Shown here: piece by piece, positions 13,921 through 26,224 of the stretch | Position numbering within the stretch: position 1 is the first letter of the stretch | Layout: every line of letters begins with the position of its first letter | Assembly: GCF_009914755.1 (NCBI RefSeq) | Contig: NC_060926.1 | Reading direction: 5' to 3' (one strand) | From: the human T2T-CHM13v2.0 reference genome, Homo sapiens | Length of the DNA stretch: 64,000 nt | Notes under the pieces: generated by a model | The model's input: only the letters and a program-made list of their open reading frames with translations | Told to the model about the DNA's origin: nothing | Databases searched by the model: none | Made by a program: the position numbers and the translations under genes

Positions 13921-15421
13921 GACAGGGAAAATCAGCTCCGGTCTATTGTGCACATTTATGTCACTGTAGTCATCCTCCACAGGCTTGGGCGAAAGGAGTT
14001 AAGATAAACACACTCATTTCTATCTTTGGCTTAGATATTTCCTTCTGTTTTCTGATTGAAAAATGTATTATATAGGAGTTGAAAAAAAAACCATTTTGAA
14101 CAATAATAGTACCATAGATGGGGACCCTAGAACTCAGAAACCACATGAGAGCATTGGATATGGAAATTAAAAGAGTAATTGCCTAACTTCTTTTGCTGAC
14201 TATTGTCCTGGCTGATAAACGAGCTTTTTTAAGACTTCCAGTCTGATTTCCCACATGGTAACAGTTATACATGGGCACAGCATCCTTGAGTTGATTGAAG
14301 AGAGGAAAACAAAATGTTGTCTGTGAGTGCCTCTATCAGTCCCTGGCTTTGGGAGTTGCTTTGAACGCAAGCTTTCTTACAGTGATCATTATTGGTGTGA
14401 TAAGGGAGCAATGGCTTAGTTGTCGACTATCATGGTTCAGATGCCTCTAAAGACGTTAAGTGTCTTTTGCGACTCTGATATTCCATCTCACATTTCCCTC
14501 TTCTATGTTGTCCGATCCCATTCTTTAATGATAGCAAAGTGTAACACACTTACAGGGTGTTGTATCCTCTTCAAATCTTTTCAGAACTGATTTAATACCA
14601 TTTTATGGGCCTGTGCAATTCATCCAAACCCTTAAATCATTTTTCTTTCCCCAGCTTAAACCCTTTCAATTCTATACCTCCACTGATAAAGGCTTAACAT
14701 TATAACGATTTAAGTCGTTCTTGCTCTGAGATGTGTAAATGGAAATAACTGCTGTATCATTGCCAGTGTTTATCATGAGATTATTTTTGGAGGACATCAT
14801 AGAGTACTAAAACAACCAACATTTACCAAATCCTATTTTCATATTTAGAAAATGTCTTCGAACAGGAAATAACAATTGTGGCCAAGTTAACTGTGACTTG
14901 CTTCCAGTATATTTTCAGCAGCATTATTTTTAGTATAACCAAAGCCTTACATTGCACATATTACTTTTCTTCAAAAACAAATATTGAAAAACAAACAAAA
15001 ATGTTTTTCATTGTTCATTGCTTATAAAACAAAGTCAAAATGTTTTACCTTTTTTGCTTAGTTATATTCTTCTCTAGTCTATTCCATTTCTATAAACTCA
15101 ACGTTTTTCTTTATTTAGTGTAACTACTTGTCATTGCCTTTTAAGTACATCAGTCATAACTCTTTCCCCCTCTTCTCCTAACATCATTCTTATCATTGAG
15201 GCATAATTATTTTGGCACCTCCTATTTTCCCTGTTCTTTAGAAATAATTTTTGTTTAGTATTCATTGTTACAGGGCTTACTGTAACTGGTACAGTGCCTC
15301 GTGTAGATACTCACTAAATATTTCCTGAAAACTGACTGAGCACATAAATAAAAAGAGCATCTAATATAGACTAGAAGTGCTGTTATTCTGGTTCTGTCTC
15401 TAAAATATGCCTTTGGGTAAG

Positions 15422-16144
15422 TGTGGCAGACAGACTCTTAAGAGGATCCTCATCTCCTGATGTTCACACCCTTATGTGATCCCGTCCCTTTGAGCGTAGG
15501 CAGGACTATGATACACTTCTTCTTCTTTTTATTTTTAAAGACAGATTCTGGCTCTGTCATTCAGGCTGAAGTGCACTGGCATGATCATAACTCACTGCAG
15601 CACTGAACTCCTGGGCTCCAGGGATCCTCCTGCTTTGGCCTCCCAAAGCATTGGGATTACAGGCGTGAGCCATCACAACCTGCCTTGTTTACATACAATT
15701 CAGCAACGTGACAAGATGCATCTGATCACAGATTACATTACATCATACTGCAGTGCTTGTCTTGCTGGGGTTTCTCTTTCTTCCTTGCTGACTTTGAGGA
15801 AGCATGTGGCCAACTTGGGGACCCCCGATGGTAAGGAACTGTGGATAGCCTTGAGGAAATGAGAGTGTCCTCTAAGAAATAGCCTCAGTTCTGTGACCAC
15901 AAGTAGATGAATTCTTTCAGTGCCTGAGTGAATTTGAATGTGGGTCTTCCCTGGTTGAGACTCAGATGAGCTGCAGCCTTGGCTGACACCTTGGTTGAAG
16001 ATGTCTTCTGAAGATGCTAAGGAGAGGACCCAGATAAACTGCCCAGACTCATGATTCACGAAAATTGTGATAAAATAAATGTGGATTGTTTCAAGCTGCT
16101 AAGTTTGTGGTAATATTATTACATAGCAATAGATAACTAATACA
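15422..16144 (+). mobile_element. MLT1E/F-type MaLR solo LTR
   Basis: TGTGGCAGACAGACTCT start, GATAACTAATACA end; 5-bp TSD GTAAG at 15417-15421 and 16145-16149. Confidence 0.9.
15517..15684 (-). mobile_element. Alu monomer (FRAM-like / left-right chimeric AluJ)
   Basis: Single ~150-bp arm plus A-rich tail: left-arm 5' end joined to the right-arm 31-bp insert and 3' end. Confidence 0.88.
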
Positions 16145-16309
16145 GTAAGTAACTCACTGAATATTGGTCTCAATAGTTGCAAAATGTGAATAGAACTATA
16201 TATCCTACTTTAGCCATAGGATTTTAAAAAGCAGTTAAAATGAGAAGACAATATATATATGTACCTTAAAATGTTAAAATACTATATAAGCATTGTATTT
16301 TAAGAGAAA

Positions 16310-16530
16310 CACTTCACAAATGTGATCCATTTATTCCTCTAGCAACACTTTAAAGGATATATTATCCCTATTTTATAGTTAGAGGAATTAATATAACTAT
16401 TTTACAGATGAAGAATATGAACAAGAAAGAGGTCAATTAACCAGCTTAAGACAACATAGACTATAAATGGCAGGGCTAAGATTTAAATTAACAAATATTA
16501 AATTCCAAACTCTGGGCTTTTCCTACTGAT
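16310..16530 (-). mobile_element. MIR SINE
   Basis: ATTATCCCTATTTTATAG / CTATTTTACAGATGAAGAA...ATAAATGGCAGGGCTAAGATTTAAA. Confidence 0.75.
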
Positions 16531-17058
16531 CCCTAGTAAAATGAAGTATGTTGAAAACCATGTAGGATCAATACTTGTGTTTGTATCTTTTCAGCAGTCA
16601 ACTGGGCAGATTCAGCATTTTAAAATAGTTTTAATATCGCAGTTCTTAGGTTTAATAAAACCATTCCCCTAAAACATGGTCACAAATGCTATGTCCCTTA
16701 ACAAATTAATTCAACAACCACCACCACAACAAGTATTTATTCAGGGCTTACTATGTGCCAGGGCATCTTCTGAGGATATAACATACCTCAATTAACAAGA
16801 AATGGAAATCAAAACTTTTTACCAAAACTTTTAATTGATGATCTCTTTCAACAGAATTTGTGACTGAAATGAATCTTGAAACCTCATTTCTGTTCTTCAT
16901 TATGCTAAGAGCTGGTTATATCATTTTACGGAAATTGTGACTAAGCATGAAAGAAGCCCAGAGGCTCGTGCAGATGGTGCCAATAGCAAATAACATTAAC
17001 CTCTAAATTCTTCTTGGTCTATGGGTGAAGGGACTTGTTGGAAGGGTTATTTCTGACC

Positions 17059-17139
17059 TTTTGATTGGACTTACTGTTTCCCAGACTTACTGTTTTGATC
17101 GGACTTACTGTTTTGATCGGACTTACTGTTTCCTTACTG
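17059..17139. repeat. Short minisatellite, 18-bp unit GACTTACTGTTTTGATCG with variant units
   Basis: GACTTACTGTTT occurs four times; the two central units are identical. Confidence 0.92.
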
Positions 17140-17787
17140 GGTTGGAGAACCCAGCATCCAGTGGGCTATTCTATCAGCCAGTGAACTCCTGATGACAGAA
17201 AAACAAGAAACAGGCCCCAATCTGTTTATTTTTCTAGATGCCTAACTTATTCATCAATTAGAAGGGCCAATGCTTTAACCTGTCTCTTCTCAGCAGTGAA
17301 AAGAAAGAAAAAAAGACTAAGCCAGGAAACCTCTTGAAGGCCCAGAGAAGTAGGCACGTATATAAGGTGAGTCCTTTACCTGCAGTACATTAATTTCAAT
17401 TCTATTAGGGAAGAAATAGGAATCCCTACTTCAGCATCAGGTCTAAATTTCATTCTTCTATTCAATGTCATCAAAACAATTGATATGTTAAGCCCTATGT
17501 GGTTGTGTGTGCAGTTCTCAATCAGTTGGGATGTGGAGGGCAAGAGGGATGAGTGATTGGCACCCAGAATTGCTAATAGTGCCCTTTAGCTACTAAAAAT
17601 GATCTTCCCCTTCCCGCTTTGGGAGTGCCTTTATTGAATTCCTTTTGGAAATATATGAAAATGACTCCCAAACCTATACCACTCTTTGTTCATCTAATTC
17701 TAGTCCAACTGTCCCCAACTTCCAACTGTTTACAAAGTGTTTCCAGTTGAAGGCCCTATAGTATTAATACATTGAAATTAAGTGTTG

Positions 17788-17935
17788 ATTGATTCCTAAA
17801 CTTTGATGATGAGCATCACTTGGAGAGCTTGTTAAACCTATAACTTCTCAGCTCCTTTCCCAGAGGGTCTTGTTGGGATCCTAGAATTTGTATTTTTAAT
17901 CAGTACTCCAGGTAATGCTTATGCTACAAGAATGT
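17788..17935 (+). mobile_element. MER5-family DNA transposon fragment
   Basis: GCATCACTTGGAGAGCTTGTTAAA...GAATTTGTATTTTTAATCAGTACTCCAGGTAATGCTTATGC. Confidence 0.7.
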
Positions 17936-18197
17936 TTAATGAAGTGTGATTGACTTGAGGAGCTGAGAGAACTCTCAATTACTCCTTGGCAATCTCTCTT
18001 CTCCCTCCTTAATGAGCATAGTGCACCATGAGAACCATACTAGACTTGGCACCTAGAGAACCAACTTACCCGCAGCCATCTTTGGTGTTGGGGATGCTTA
18101 TACCCTACTAATTCCTCCTCTAATAGTAATTTTATAACAAGCCTCTTTATGTATCAGAACCTTTCTTCAATCAGATTGTCCCAGAATAAGAAAAATG

Positions 18198-19200
18198 TCT
18201 TATTATGAAAAATTACAAACATATACACAAATAGGGAGAATAGTTTAATAAAACTCAATACATCCATTGCTAGCTTCAACAATGAACCATTCACAGCTAA
18301 TATTGTTTCATCTATACCTCACTCATTTTTCCTCACCCCTGACTCTTTCAAAACATATTTGAGACACCAGATCATTTCATTCATAAATATTTCAGTTATG
18401 AATGTCTAAAAAATATATATTTTAAAAAGAATACCATTATCACACATATAAAATAAACAATAATTCCCTGCTATTACCAAATTTCTAGTCAGTCTCTGTT
18501 AAGTTGTTATCAAATGTCTATCTATATTTTGTTTGTACAATGAGGTTCCAAATAAGGAACATACATTGAATTTGGAATATATCTCTTAGGTCTGTCCCTC
18601 TTCATATCTTTTTTTATCCTTGCTATTTATTTGTTGAAGAAACTAGATTATTTTTCTTTTAATATTTACTGCGGATGTTGATTGCATTTTCTCTGTTCCT
18701 TTTGTTTCCTGTAGGTTGAAGTTTGAGTTAGATAGTTGATCAGATTCAGGTTCTGATCTTTGAGCCAGAACACTTCCAAGGTAGAATTGTTTTTTTCCAC
18801 TAAAAGCACATCATGTCTGCTTGTCTTTTTGTGAGGTTAGCAACTATTGATTATCAAACATCTGGGTTCATTATTTCATTATGCTACATTATATGTATTA
18901 TAGTGATATTCCAATTTTCTCATTTCGTCTTTATACAGTAGCTAGAATGTTACCTATAAGGAGAAACTTCATCAATTCCTTATTTGCCCTGAGGTATATT
19001 TCTTTTAAGAAAGGCAAGGGAGATACCTGATATTTTCCCTATATATATCAATTTTTCAGTGTAATAATCAGGTTTCTAACCATCCTTCAAACATGACCTG
19101 TGAGTTTTTGAAAATAAATATTATGTTATATTTTTAAGAATTTAAACACATTTAAAATCCTATCCATTGCCATTATTATCCTCAGTGATGCTTATATTTT
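18198..19200 (-). mobile_element. L1MC4/L1MC5-like 3' region
   Basis: TTATTATGAAAAATTACAAACATATACAC...GCTTCAACAAT...TTGTTTCATCTATACC...ATCATTTCATTCATAAATATTTCAG. Confidence 0.8.
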
Positions 19201-20433
19201 TTGAGTTCCTCTCTCAGGTTTTTTTTTTGTTGTTGTTGTTTTTGTTTCTCAATGCCTCTTTTGCCTTTCAGTACACTATAAAACCAAATGTCACATGTTA
19301 TATGTGAACCAAGTGCCATTCAGTGAGCTTTTGCCCCAAATGGCTTACCTAGTCCAGTGATGCCTGGAAGAAGAGTGGGACTAAGTGTCAACACTGCTCT
19401 GTGTCAGATATATGAGTCTGGAGTTAAAAGAGACTGAGCTTGAAACTCAAGATTCAGGAATAACTTTCTCCTAATTAGTATTTAAAATAAGACAATGAGA
19501 CTCCCCAGGGAGCCTGAAGAAATGAGAAAAAGGCCACACTCCCAGATTACACAAACATTCTCTGCCCACATTAAAGAGTGGGCAGAGAAAACAGAGCAAG
19601 GGAAGGAAGTAGAGAACTGCATGAGAAGAAACTGAGCAACAAGGATGGGGCAATTTGAGAGAAGCCAGAGATGGAGGAAGGAAGACTTTAGAGGCTCACC
19701 ACTGCATGAGGATGTACAGTCTTTTGAACTTGTTTTTTTAACAGGCAATTGGTGACCTTCATCCAATCAATAGCATAGCTCAAATTAATCAGGCAACATG
19801 CCCCAAAATCATAGTAGACAAAAGGCTGAGTGAAGATCCAAACCCAAGTAGTCAGACTCCAAATAGTCTTCTCTGGCTACTGTGCAATGCTGATCAGTCA
19901 GCTGCATTGTAGTTTCCATGGAAAATTGCTATTGACATTATCCCTGGAGGTCTAATTCATTATAATGGAATCCTAGCTAGATGGGATTTAGAGTTTTCTT
20001 GGAAGTCCCTGATGGCTGCAATACAGATCTGAATCTCCACACTCCTGGCCTCATATAAAATATTAGGATTTAGGCCACATTCTCTAGATCTTCTGGCACT
20101 TATATCCTCTGCTCTGAAGTAGAATCCTTTGGTCCATAGTTGCCCTAGAATAAACTAGTATCTGTGTGGAAGTAGGAAGGGGAAAAAGAACACTCATATG
20201 AGTGCCTTCATCTGTGTGCATACATATGCAGCTGACATTTCTCTCATCAAGGACTGCCAAACCATTTTCTGAGTGCTCAACCACAATTATAAACACCTCG
20301 CAGGTAGAACTGCTCCTAGGAAAAATTGGAGCTCCGATAGGAACACTGGCCTTGACAGAGAGAAGGCTTGGTTAGTTCCAGATTCCCCAGTTCTGATATT
20401 ACCGTGGCTTTATAGGTCAAGAATAAGAAAAAG

Positions 20434-21125
20434 CCGTCATATGATCCAGCAATCCCATTATTTGGTATTTATCCAAAGGAAAGGAAATAAATGTATCGAA
20501 GAGATATCTGCACGCCCATGCATATTGCAGCACTATTCACAACAGTCATGATACAGAAACCAGCCAAGTGTCTAGCAACAGATGAATGAATAAAGAAAAT
20601 GTGATATATATGCGCAATGGAATATATTCAGCCCAAAGAAGAATGAAATCCTGTAATTCATGGCAACATGGATGAGCCAGGAGGACTTTGTGTTAAGTAA
20701 TATAAGTCAGGAACAGAAAGATAAATACTGCATGTTTTCACTTATATGGGGAAACTAAAAAATTGATGTCATAGAAGTAAAGAGTAGAATGGGTTACTTG
20801 AGTCTGGGAGGGGTAGGGGGAAGGTGAGGCTAGGGAGAGATTTGTTAAAAGATACGAAATTATAGCTACATAAAAGGAGTAAGTTCTAGTGTTCTATAGC
20901 ACTGTGGGATAACTGCCGTTAACAATAACACATATTTCCAAATAGCTAGAAGAGAGAATATAGAATATTCCCAATATAAAGGAATGATAAATGTTTGAGA
21001 TTATGAAATGCTAATTACCCTGATCACCATACAATATATGTATTGAAACAGCATTATGTACCCTTATAAATATACATAATTATGTGCCAATTTAAAAAGA
21101 AATTTTTTTGAAAAAATAAAATAAA
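20434..21125 (+). mobile_element. L1MA (L1MA5-like) 5'-truncated 3' end
   Basis: CATATGATCCAGCAATCCCA ORF2 end; 3'UTR AAGTTCTAGTGTTCTATAGCACTGT...CTAATTACCCTGAT; A-rich tail. Confidence 0.9.
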
Positions 21126-21350
21126 AATTCATAGAAATTTTAAGAAATAAGAAGGAGAAGTGGTACTATTTTAGAAACATGCTTCTAATCAGAGAGCCAG
21201 AACTCTAGATATTTTGCCCCAATCAACTTATCTGCATTTTTTCCCAAAACTCCTCCTCCTAAGATTTCTAATCTGGTGATACTTGTCATTGTACTATCTG
21301 TTCTCAAATGATGCTCCTTTTACAGATAATTCTTTCCCTTCCAAATCCTG

Positions 21351-21388
21351 TTCATTCATTCATTCATTCATTCATTCATTCATTCATT
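21351..21388. repeat. (TTCA)n tetranucleotide repeat, probably derived from an L2 tail
   Basis: About 9 perfect TTCA units. Confidence 0.92.
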
Positions 21389-23714
21389 GCTTTACTTCCT
21401 CATTTAGCAAGTATGATTTTGCTGATGCTGTTCCTTCTCTCTGGGGTCCCCTATCCTTCCCACTCTCTAGAGAGCTTTATCTTTCTCATCCTATTGTCTC
21501 ACCATACTGGACTAAGTGACCCTCTTCTGTTCTCCAATTACACTCTCTTCATACCACCATCATGGCACCTCATGTTGGAGTTACCGGTTTTCTCTTTGAG
21601 TAGGGTCTCTGAATAAGGGGGAATACTTTATATGTGATGTGTTTCACATATGTAGGAGTTCAATAACAAATATTTGTTATATCAAAAAATGTTTGTTTAG
21701 ATCTCAGTCTATGAAAATCACCTAATCCTATCTGTGTTTGAGCTGTCTAAATTCAGGAGTTGGTATGGTCTGAAATACCAAAGAAACAGAACTCCGAGCT
21801 CTTAGCATTTATTTGACTTAGTAGTTACATTTATATCTATAATATTCAATAAAAGCCTCCAATATGTGCCTGGGAGTGTACATGTACATGTGTTAGGGGA
21901 AGGAGTATATGGGAACTATATGCAGGCACATTCAGTAAGTCCTTTAAGAATACAGAAGAGAGAGATAGCACTTCTAACATTAAAGGTGAATCTTAGATCT
22001 CTCTTTCCTGCTCCCATCCTCTCTTTATGTATTTGAGTCTCTTTGTTTTAAATGTTTATAACATTAACTACTTGCAGGGCCCAATAGACACTGAAAAAGA
22101 TTTTCCATATGAATAGCATACTTAGTGCATTTTTGGGTTACACTTTATACAACACAAGAGCCAACGTGATGTCTTATATTTATGTGTTGCCTTCAAGATG
22201 CCCAGACTGGAGCTGCCACATAGGAGACACTTGGTGAGCTCTCAAGGAAGATTGGATGTCTATGGAGAATCCACGTACCTATATCATATTAGTTGGAGCA
22301 AAACACAGACTCTGGGATGAAAGGCAAAAGTGTTATAATGAGGCCAATGGAATGTGCTGAATCCGTTCCTCAAAGAAAAACAAAACCAAATATCTCTCCA
22401 AGTCTGGATTATACCAGAGTTTCCAAATCATAAACAACCAATGAAAAAGGGATCATATCATTATGCGTTTCTACAAGGCCTTACTGAGGTAAGATGATGG
22501 AATAATGATGACTGCGTTTTTTGGAGGAAGCTTATCGTGCCCTGTGAGAGAGTTTAAATGTGTATTTAGTGTTTGAAAGACTTCCCACATATGAGAGAGA
22601 CACTCAACAAAAAGTAATTGTGTCTTGAATAATTTTTACACCACCGACAGAGACAAAAAATGACCATCTATTTATATTTCTAAGAATTATTCTTTTTCAT
22701 TGTGTTCATAAAATGTGGTTTCTTGAATGTCTAGAAGAAATGTCATCCCTAAATATTTAATAATATTGGGTTTCCAACTTGAAAAGAAGAAAAAATTGAA
22801 AGAAAAAGAGAATACTTTCAGTGGCAATTATTTGAATTTTTGATGCCTGCTTCCTTTTCCAAAGACAGTAATTGCTTCTTAACAAATTAATCTGGCTGTA
22901 TATATTCAGCTTTCTGGTTAGCCTTTGCCATTTTCATCTGGTGATGTCCCTTTTATAAAATTTATGGGGCTCATTTTATAAAATTGTGGAGATTTGCTTA
23001 GTATGTTTGGAATTGGTATGTCTTTCTCTCTCTAGCTCTGCTCTCGGAATAGCTCTAACCCCCCCAAAAGGGCAAGAACCGGTTTTAATAATGCAGAATT
23101 ATGCCTCTTTACTAACTACTGAATACGCTTTATTTCGGATGCCAAACCAGGTACTCAGAAGTTTAACATCATAAATCTTAAAATCATAAATCAGACAAGG
23201 TAACTTTCTAGTATATATTTCATGATGAAAGGTAAAATACTAATGGTGCTATATAAACATGACATTCTCTAAATTGAATAGAGTGTGCAATTTTCATGGC
23301 TTTGTTTTAAAATTTAATGCTTGAGAATAATCATTTTATTTATTGGGCCTCTAAACTAAGTGCATTTAGGCAGTGAAGAAAGTTGTTTGGTACCAGGTAA
23401 ATGAGCAGGTTTCTTTCTTCACTGGAAGACAAACTTCTGAATTACTGATAGGCATTTCAGTCTTAACAAAAGCTACACTTACAATTTTCTGAACAATTGT
23501 TGTGAGATTTCACACATTGATCAAAACACTGATTCAAAATACTCTCATTGTAATTGGTTTGTGGCCCTTTTGTACCTTTTTGCTGCTACTGGACCATTGC
23601 TGGCCACTGGACCAATGTCAAGTCATGTTTTGGTGTCTTCTCTTTGGAGAAATCAAACCACTCCATGAACATTGACACCTACATGGCCTTTTTCAACAAG
23701 TTAGCCATTGGTTC

Positions 23715-23862
23715 ACAACCAATTCTGGTTCTTGCTCTAATATTAATTATTTTGTGTTACTGATCAAGTTGATTAACTGCTCAGGGCTCTAGTTTTCTTA
23801 TTTATAAAATGCAGGGGTCTGATGGTGTTTTCTAAAATCCTTTCCAGCTCTGAAATCCTATC
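23715..23862 (+). mobile_element. MIR3-like SINE
   Basis: CTCTAGTTTTCTTATTTATAAAATG...TCTAAAATCCTTTCCAGCTCTGAAATCCTAT. Confidence 0.75.
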
Positions 23863-24128
23863 ACTTTATAGGATCAAATGAAATAATATTAAGTACTGTC
23901 TGAACACAAGGGCTAATAATGTAGATGAAGCTGATAAAAGGAGGGAAAAGGGTTGAAAGTTTTCACCTATTTAGCCACAGAATTATTAATTATGCCAGGA
24001 TTTCAAATATTCTCTGCTAAGAGGAAGGAGTGCCAGGGAATGATCTTTAATAACATGGTTCTACAATGCTACTCATTTTCTATAATATATATTTAAGATT
24101 GATATTGCTATTTCTGGCACCTTCCACC

Positions 24129-24218
24129 AAAAAAAAAAAAGAAAAAAGGAAAGAAAGGAAGAGGAAAAGAAAGAGAGAGAAAGAAAGAAAAAGAGAAAAA
24201 AGAAAGAAAAAGAGAAAA
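24129..24218. repeat. Pure polypurine (GA-rich) tract
   Basis: About 90 nt of A/G only. Confidence 0.92.
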
Positions 24219-24265
24219 TGATATTCAATACTCACTAGTGACTCTAGAGTTAGAAGATGTGTTGT

Positions 24266-24520
24266 ACAGGAACAGAAAACCAAACACCGCATGTTCTTAC
24301 TCATAGGTGGAAGTTGAACAATGAGAGGACATGGACACAGGGAGGGGAACATCACACACCAGGGCCTGTCAGGGGGTGGGGGACAAGGGGAGGGAGAGCA
24401 TTAGGACAAATATCTAATGCTTAAAACCCAGATGATGATTTGATAGGTGCAGCAAACCACCATGGCACATTTGTACCTATGTAACAAACCTGCACAATTT
24501 GCACATGTGTCCCAGGACTT

Positions 24521-24552
<32 letters not shown>
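24266..24552 (+). mobile_element. L1PA (PA8-PA13-like) 3'UTR fragment with poly(A)
   Basis: CAGAAAACCAAACACCGCATGTTCT...GGTGCAGCAAACCACCATGGCAC...ACTTAAAGT followed by a long A-run. Confidence 0.93.
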
Positions 24553-24556
<4 letters not shown>

Positions 24557-25829
24557 TGTCATTGGATTTATTTTTCTCTATAGCTATATTGTTGCTCCAT
24601 TTTACAAGGCTACCGTGGCCAATGTTGGCTTTTCTGCTTTTTGTTTTGGGCTGTGTGCCTCCTTCATGTAATGTGAAAATTCCAGCTGCGTGCTTAATGT
24701 TGTCAAATAAATTTCTTTCAAGGTTCCTTTTGCTATTCTGAGTATGTATGATCTGGAAAACTTTACAAAATGCTCTGCCCTTTTCTTCCTTCTTTCCTTC
24801 ATTTCTTCGTTTCTCTCTTCCTTAATCTTTCTTGTCCCTGCCAACCCAGTAAATTCTTCTGCTTTTGAATCAACTTTTATTCTACGGACATTTATTATGA
24901 AAATAGATGGAGTGTGTAAACCCAAAGGTCAGTGACCGGCTTAGATAAACACGGACAGTCATTTACTAGAGGAAGGAGGATAGGTAATCCTGCGAGAGAG
25001 ATGATGTCAGAGACATATGGTACTGAATTCATCATCTTCTGCCCCCTTCTACTCATCTCTACATTTGTAGCCACCTGGCTGTGGAATACCTCGTTATGCA
25101 AGCCTCAGCCCAGGACACTTGAGACCTTGAACCATTTCAACACTTAGCTCAAGGAGAATGACAATTCCTTCAGAAATTCTAATTTGTGGAAGTATTAACT
25201 GTCTCCTTCTAGAGGATGTGATTAAACTCTATGCAATGACAAGAGGCATATCAATCAAAATATAAATTCTAAAAATTATTCACCAAATATCAGCTCAGTA
25301 CCTATTAAATAGTCTCACCTGATGTAGTATATTTTCATGCATTTTTGATTGTCTAGCCTCCATATCTCTTTTGATAATCACATTTTAATTTTCCACTAGG
25401 ACGATGGTTTTTAAAAATTTTTAAAGAAACCTATAAAAAGAATGTGTTTAACACTGCAACCTAGTAAACACTGTATCCTACAAAACACAGATTTTATGAA
25501 GTAATATTTATCTTCATTACCTGTGAGATCCTCTAATAGTTTTCCTCTTTTCTCTTCACATTTTTCTCCTCTATGCCATTCCCTTGTATTCTTTCTACTA
25601 AAAGTAGAAACAAACACAAAAACAAAATGAAAAATGTGTTTGGTTGCAACTCACTAAATTGATTTCATGATTCACTAATTATATGCCCCATTGTTTGAAA
25701 AATTGCCCTGCAGAAACACCTTTTCCTCTATGCTCAACACATGTGCTCTGGTGAAATTCACAAAACTCCTAGACCTAATCATGGAGCATATGAAGTAACA
25801 CAGTCCACGCATAGTGTTCCCCTGCATAT

Positions 25830-26170
25830 GGGATGTATTGCACTATGTAAATGTGACTTAACCCTGTTGAATCACACTGAATCTTTGTTGTGCAGTAGGT
25901 CATTCTCTCCTTTCTGCTAGACTTGAGGCAGTGAAGACATAGTCTGAGGATGCTGCAGCCATTTCCCACAAAAGAGAAGATTTCTGTCTGAAAATGAAAC
26001 TTAAGGAGAAGAGCAAAGCCTGTCTAAGACACAGAGGAGCTTAGTCCTAAATTTGAATTTAAACCAAGTATCAAAGTATACCTGAAACCAGTGAGCTTAG
26101 TTACAGGACTTTCTAGTTATAAGAGTTATGAGAACTGTTATATTTCATTTTGGCTTTAAAGTGTTCCTCA
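25830..26170 (+). mobile_element. Old MLT1 (K/L-like) LTR fragment
   Basis: GCTGCAGCCATTT...TGTCTGAAAATGAA...ATACCTGAAACCAG...GGACTTTCTAGTTAT. Confidence 0.55.
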
Positions 26171-26224
26171 GTGAATCACCTATAGACAATAGGAGGGTAG
26201 AGAAAATGGCCTCTAGTTTCCAAG

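Larger units (their letters stand above)
15365..16292 (+). mobile_element. MIR (MIR3/MIRb-like) split by MLT1F-like LTR
   Basis: TTCTGGTTCTGTCTC...CTTTGGGTAAG, resuming after the LTR as GTAAGTAACTCACTGA...TCAATAGTTGCAAAATG. Confidence 0.6.

Noticed and set aside
17059-17139. CRISPR-like repeat-spacer array (also 755-834)
   Set aside because: Eukaryotic DNA, no unique spacers and no cas genes; explained by slippage or duplication.
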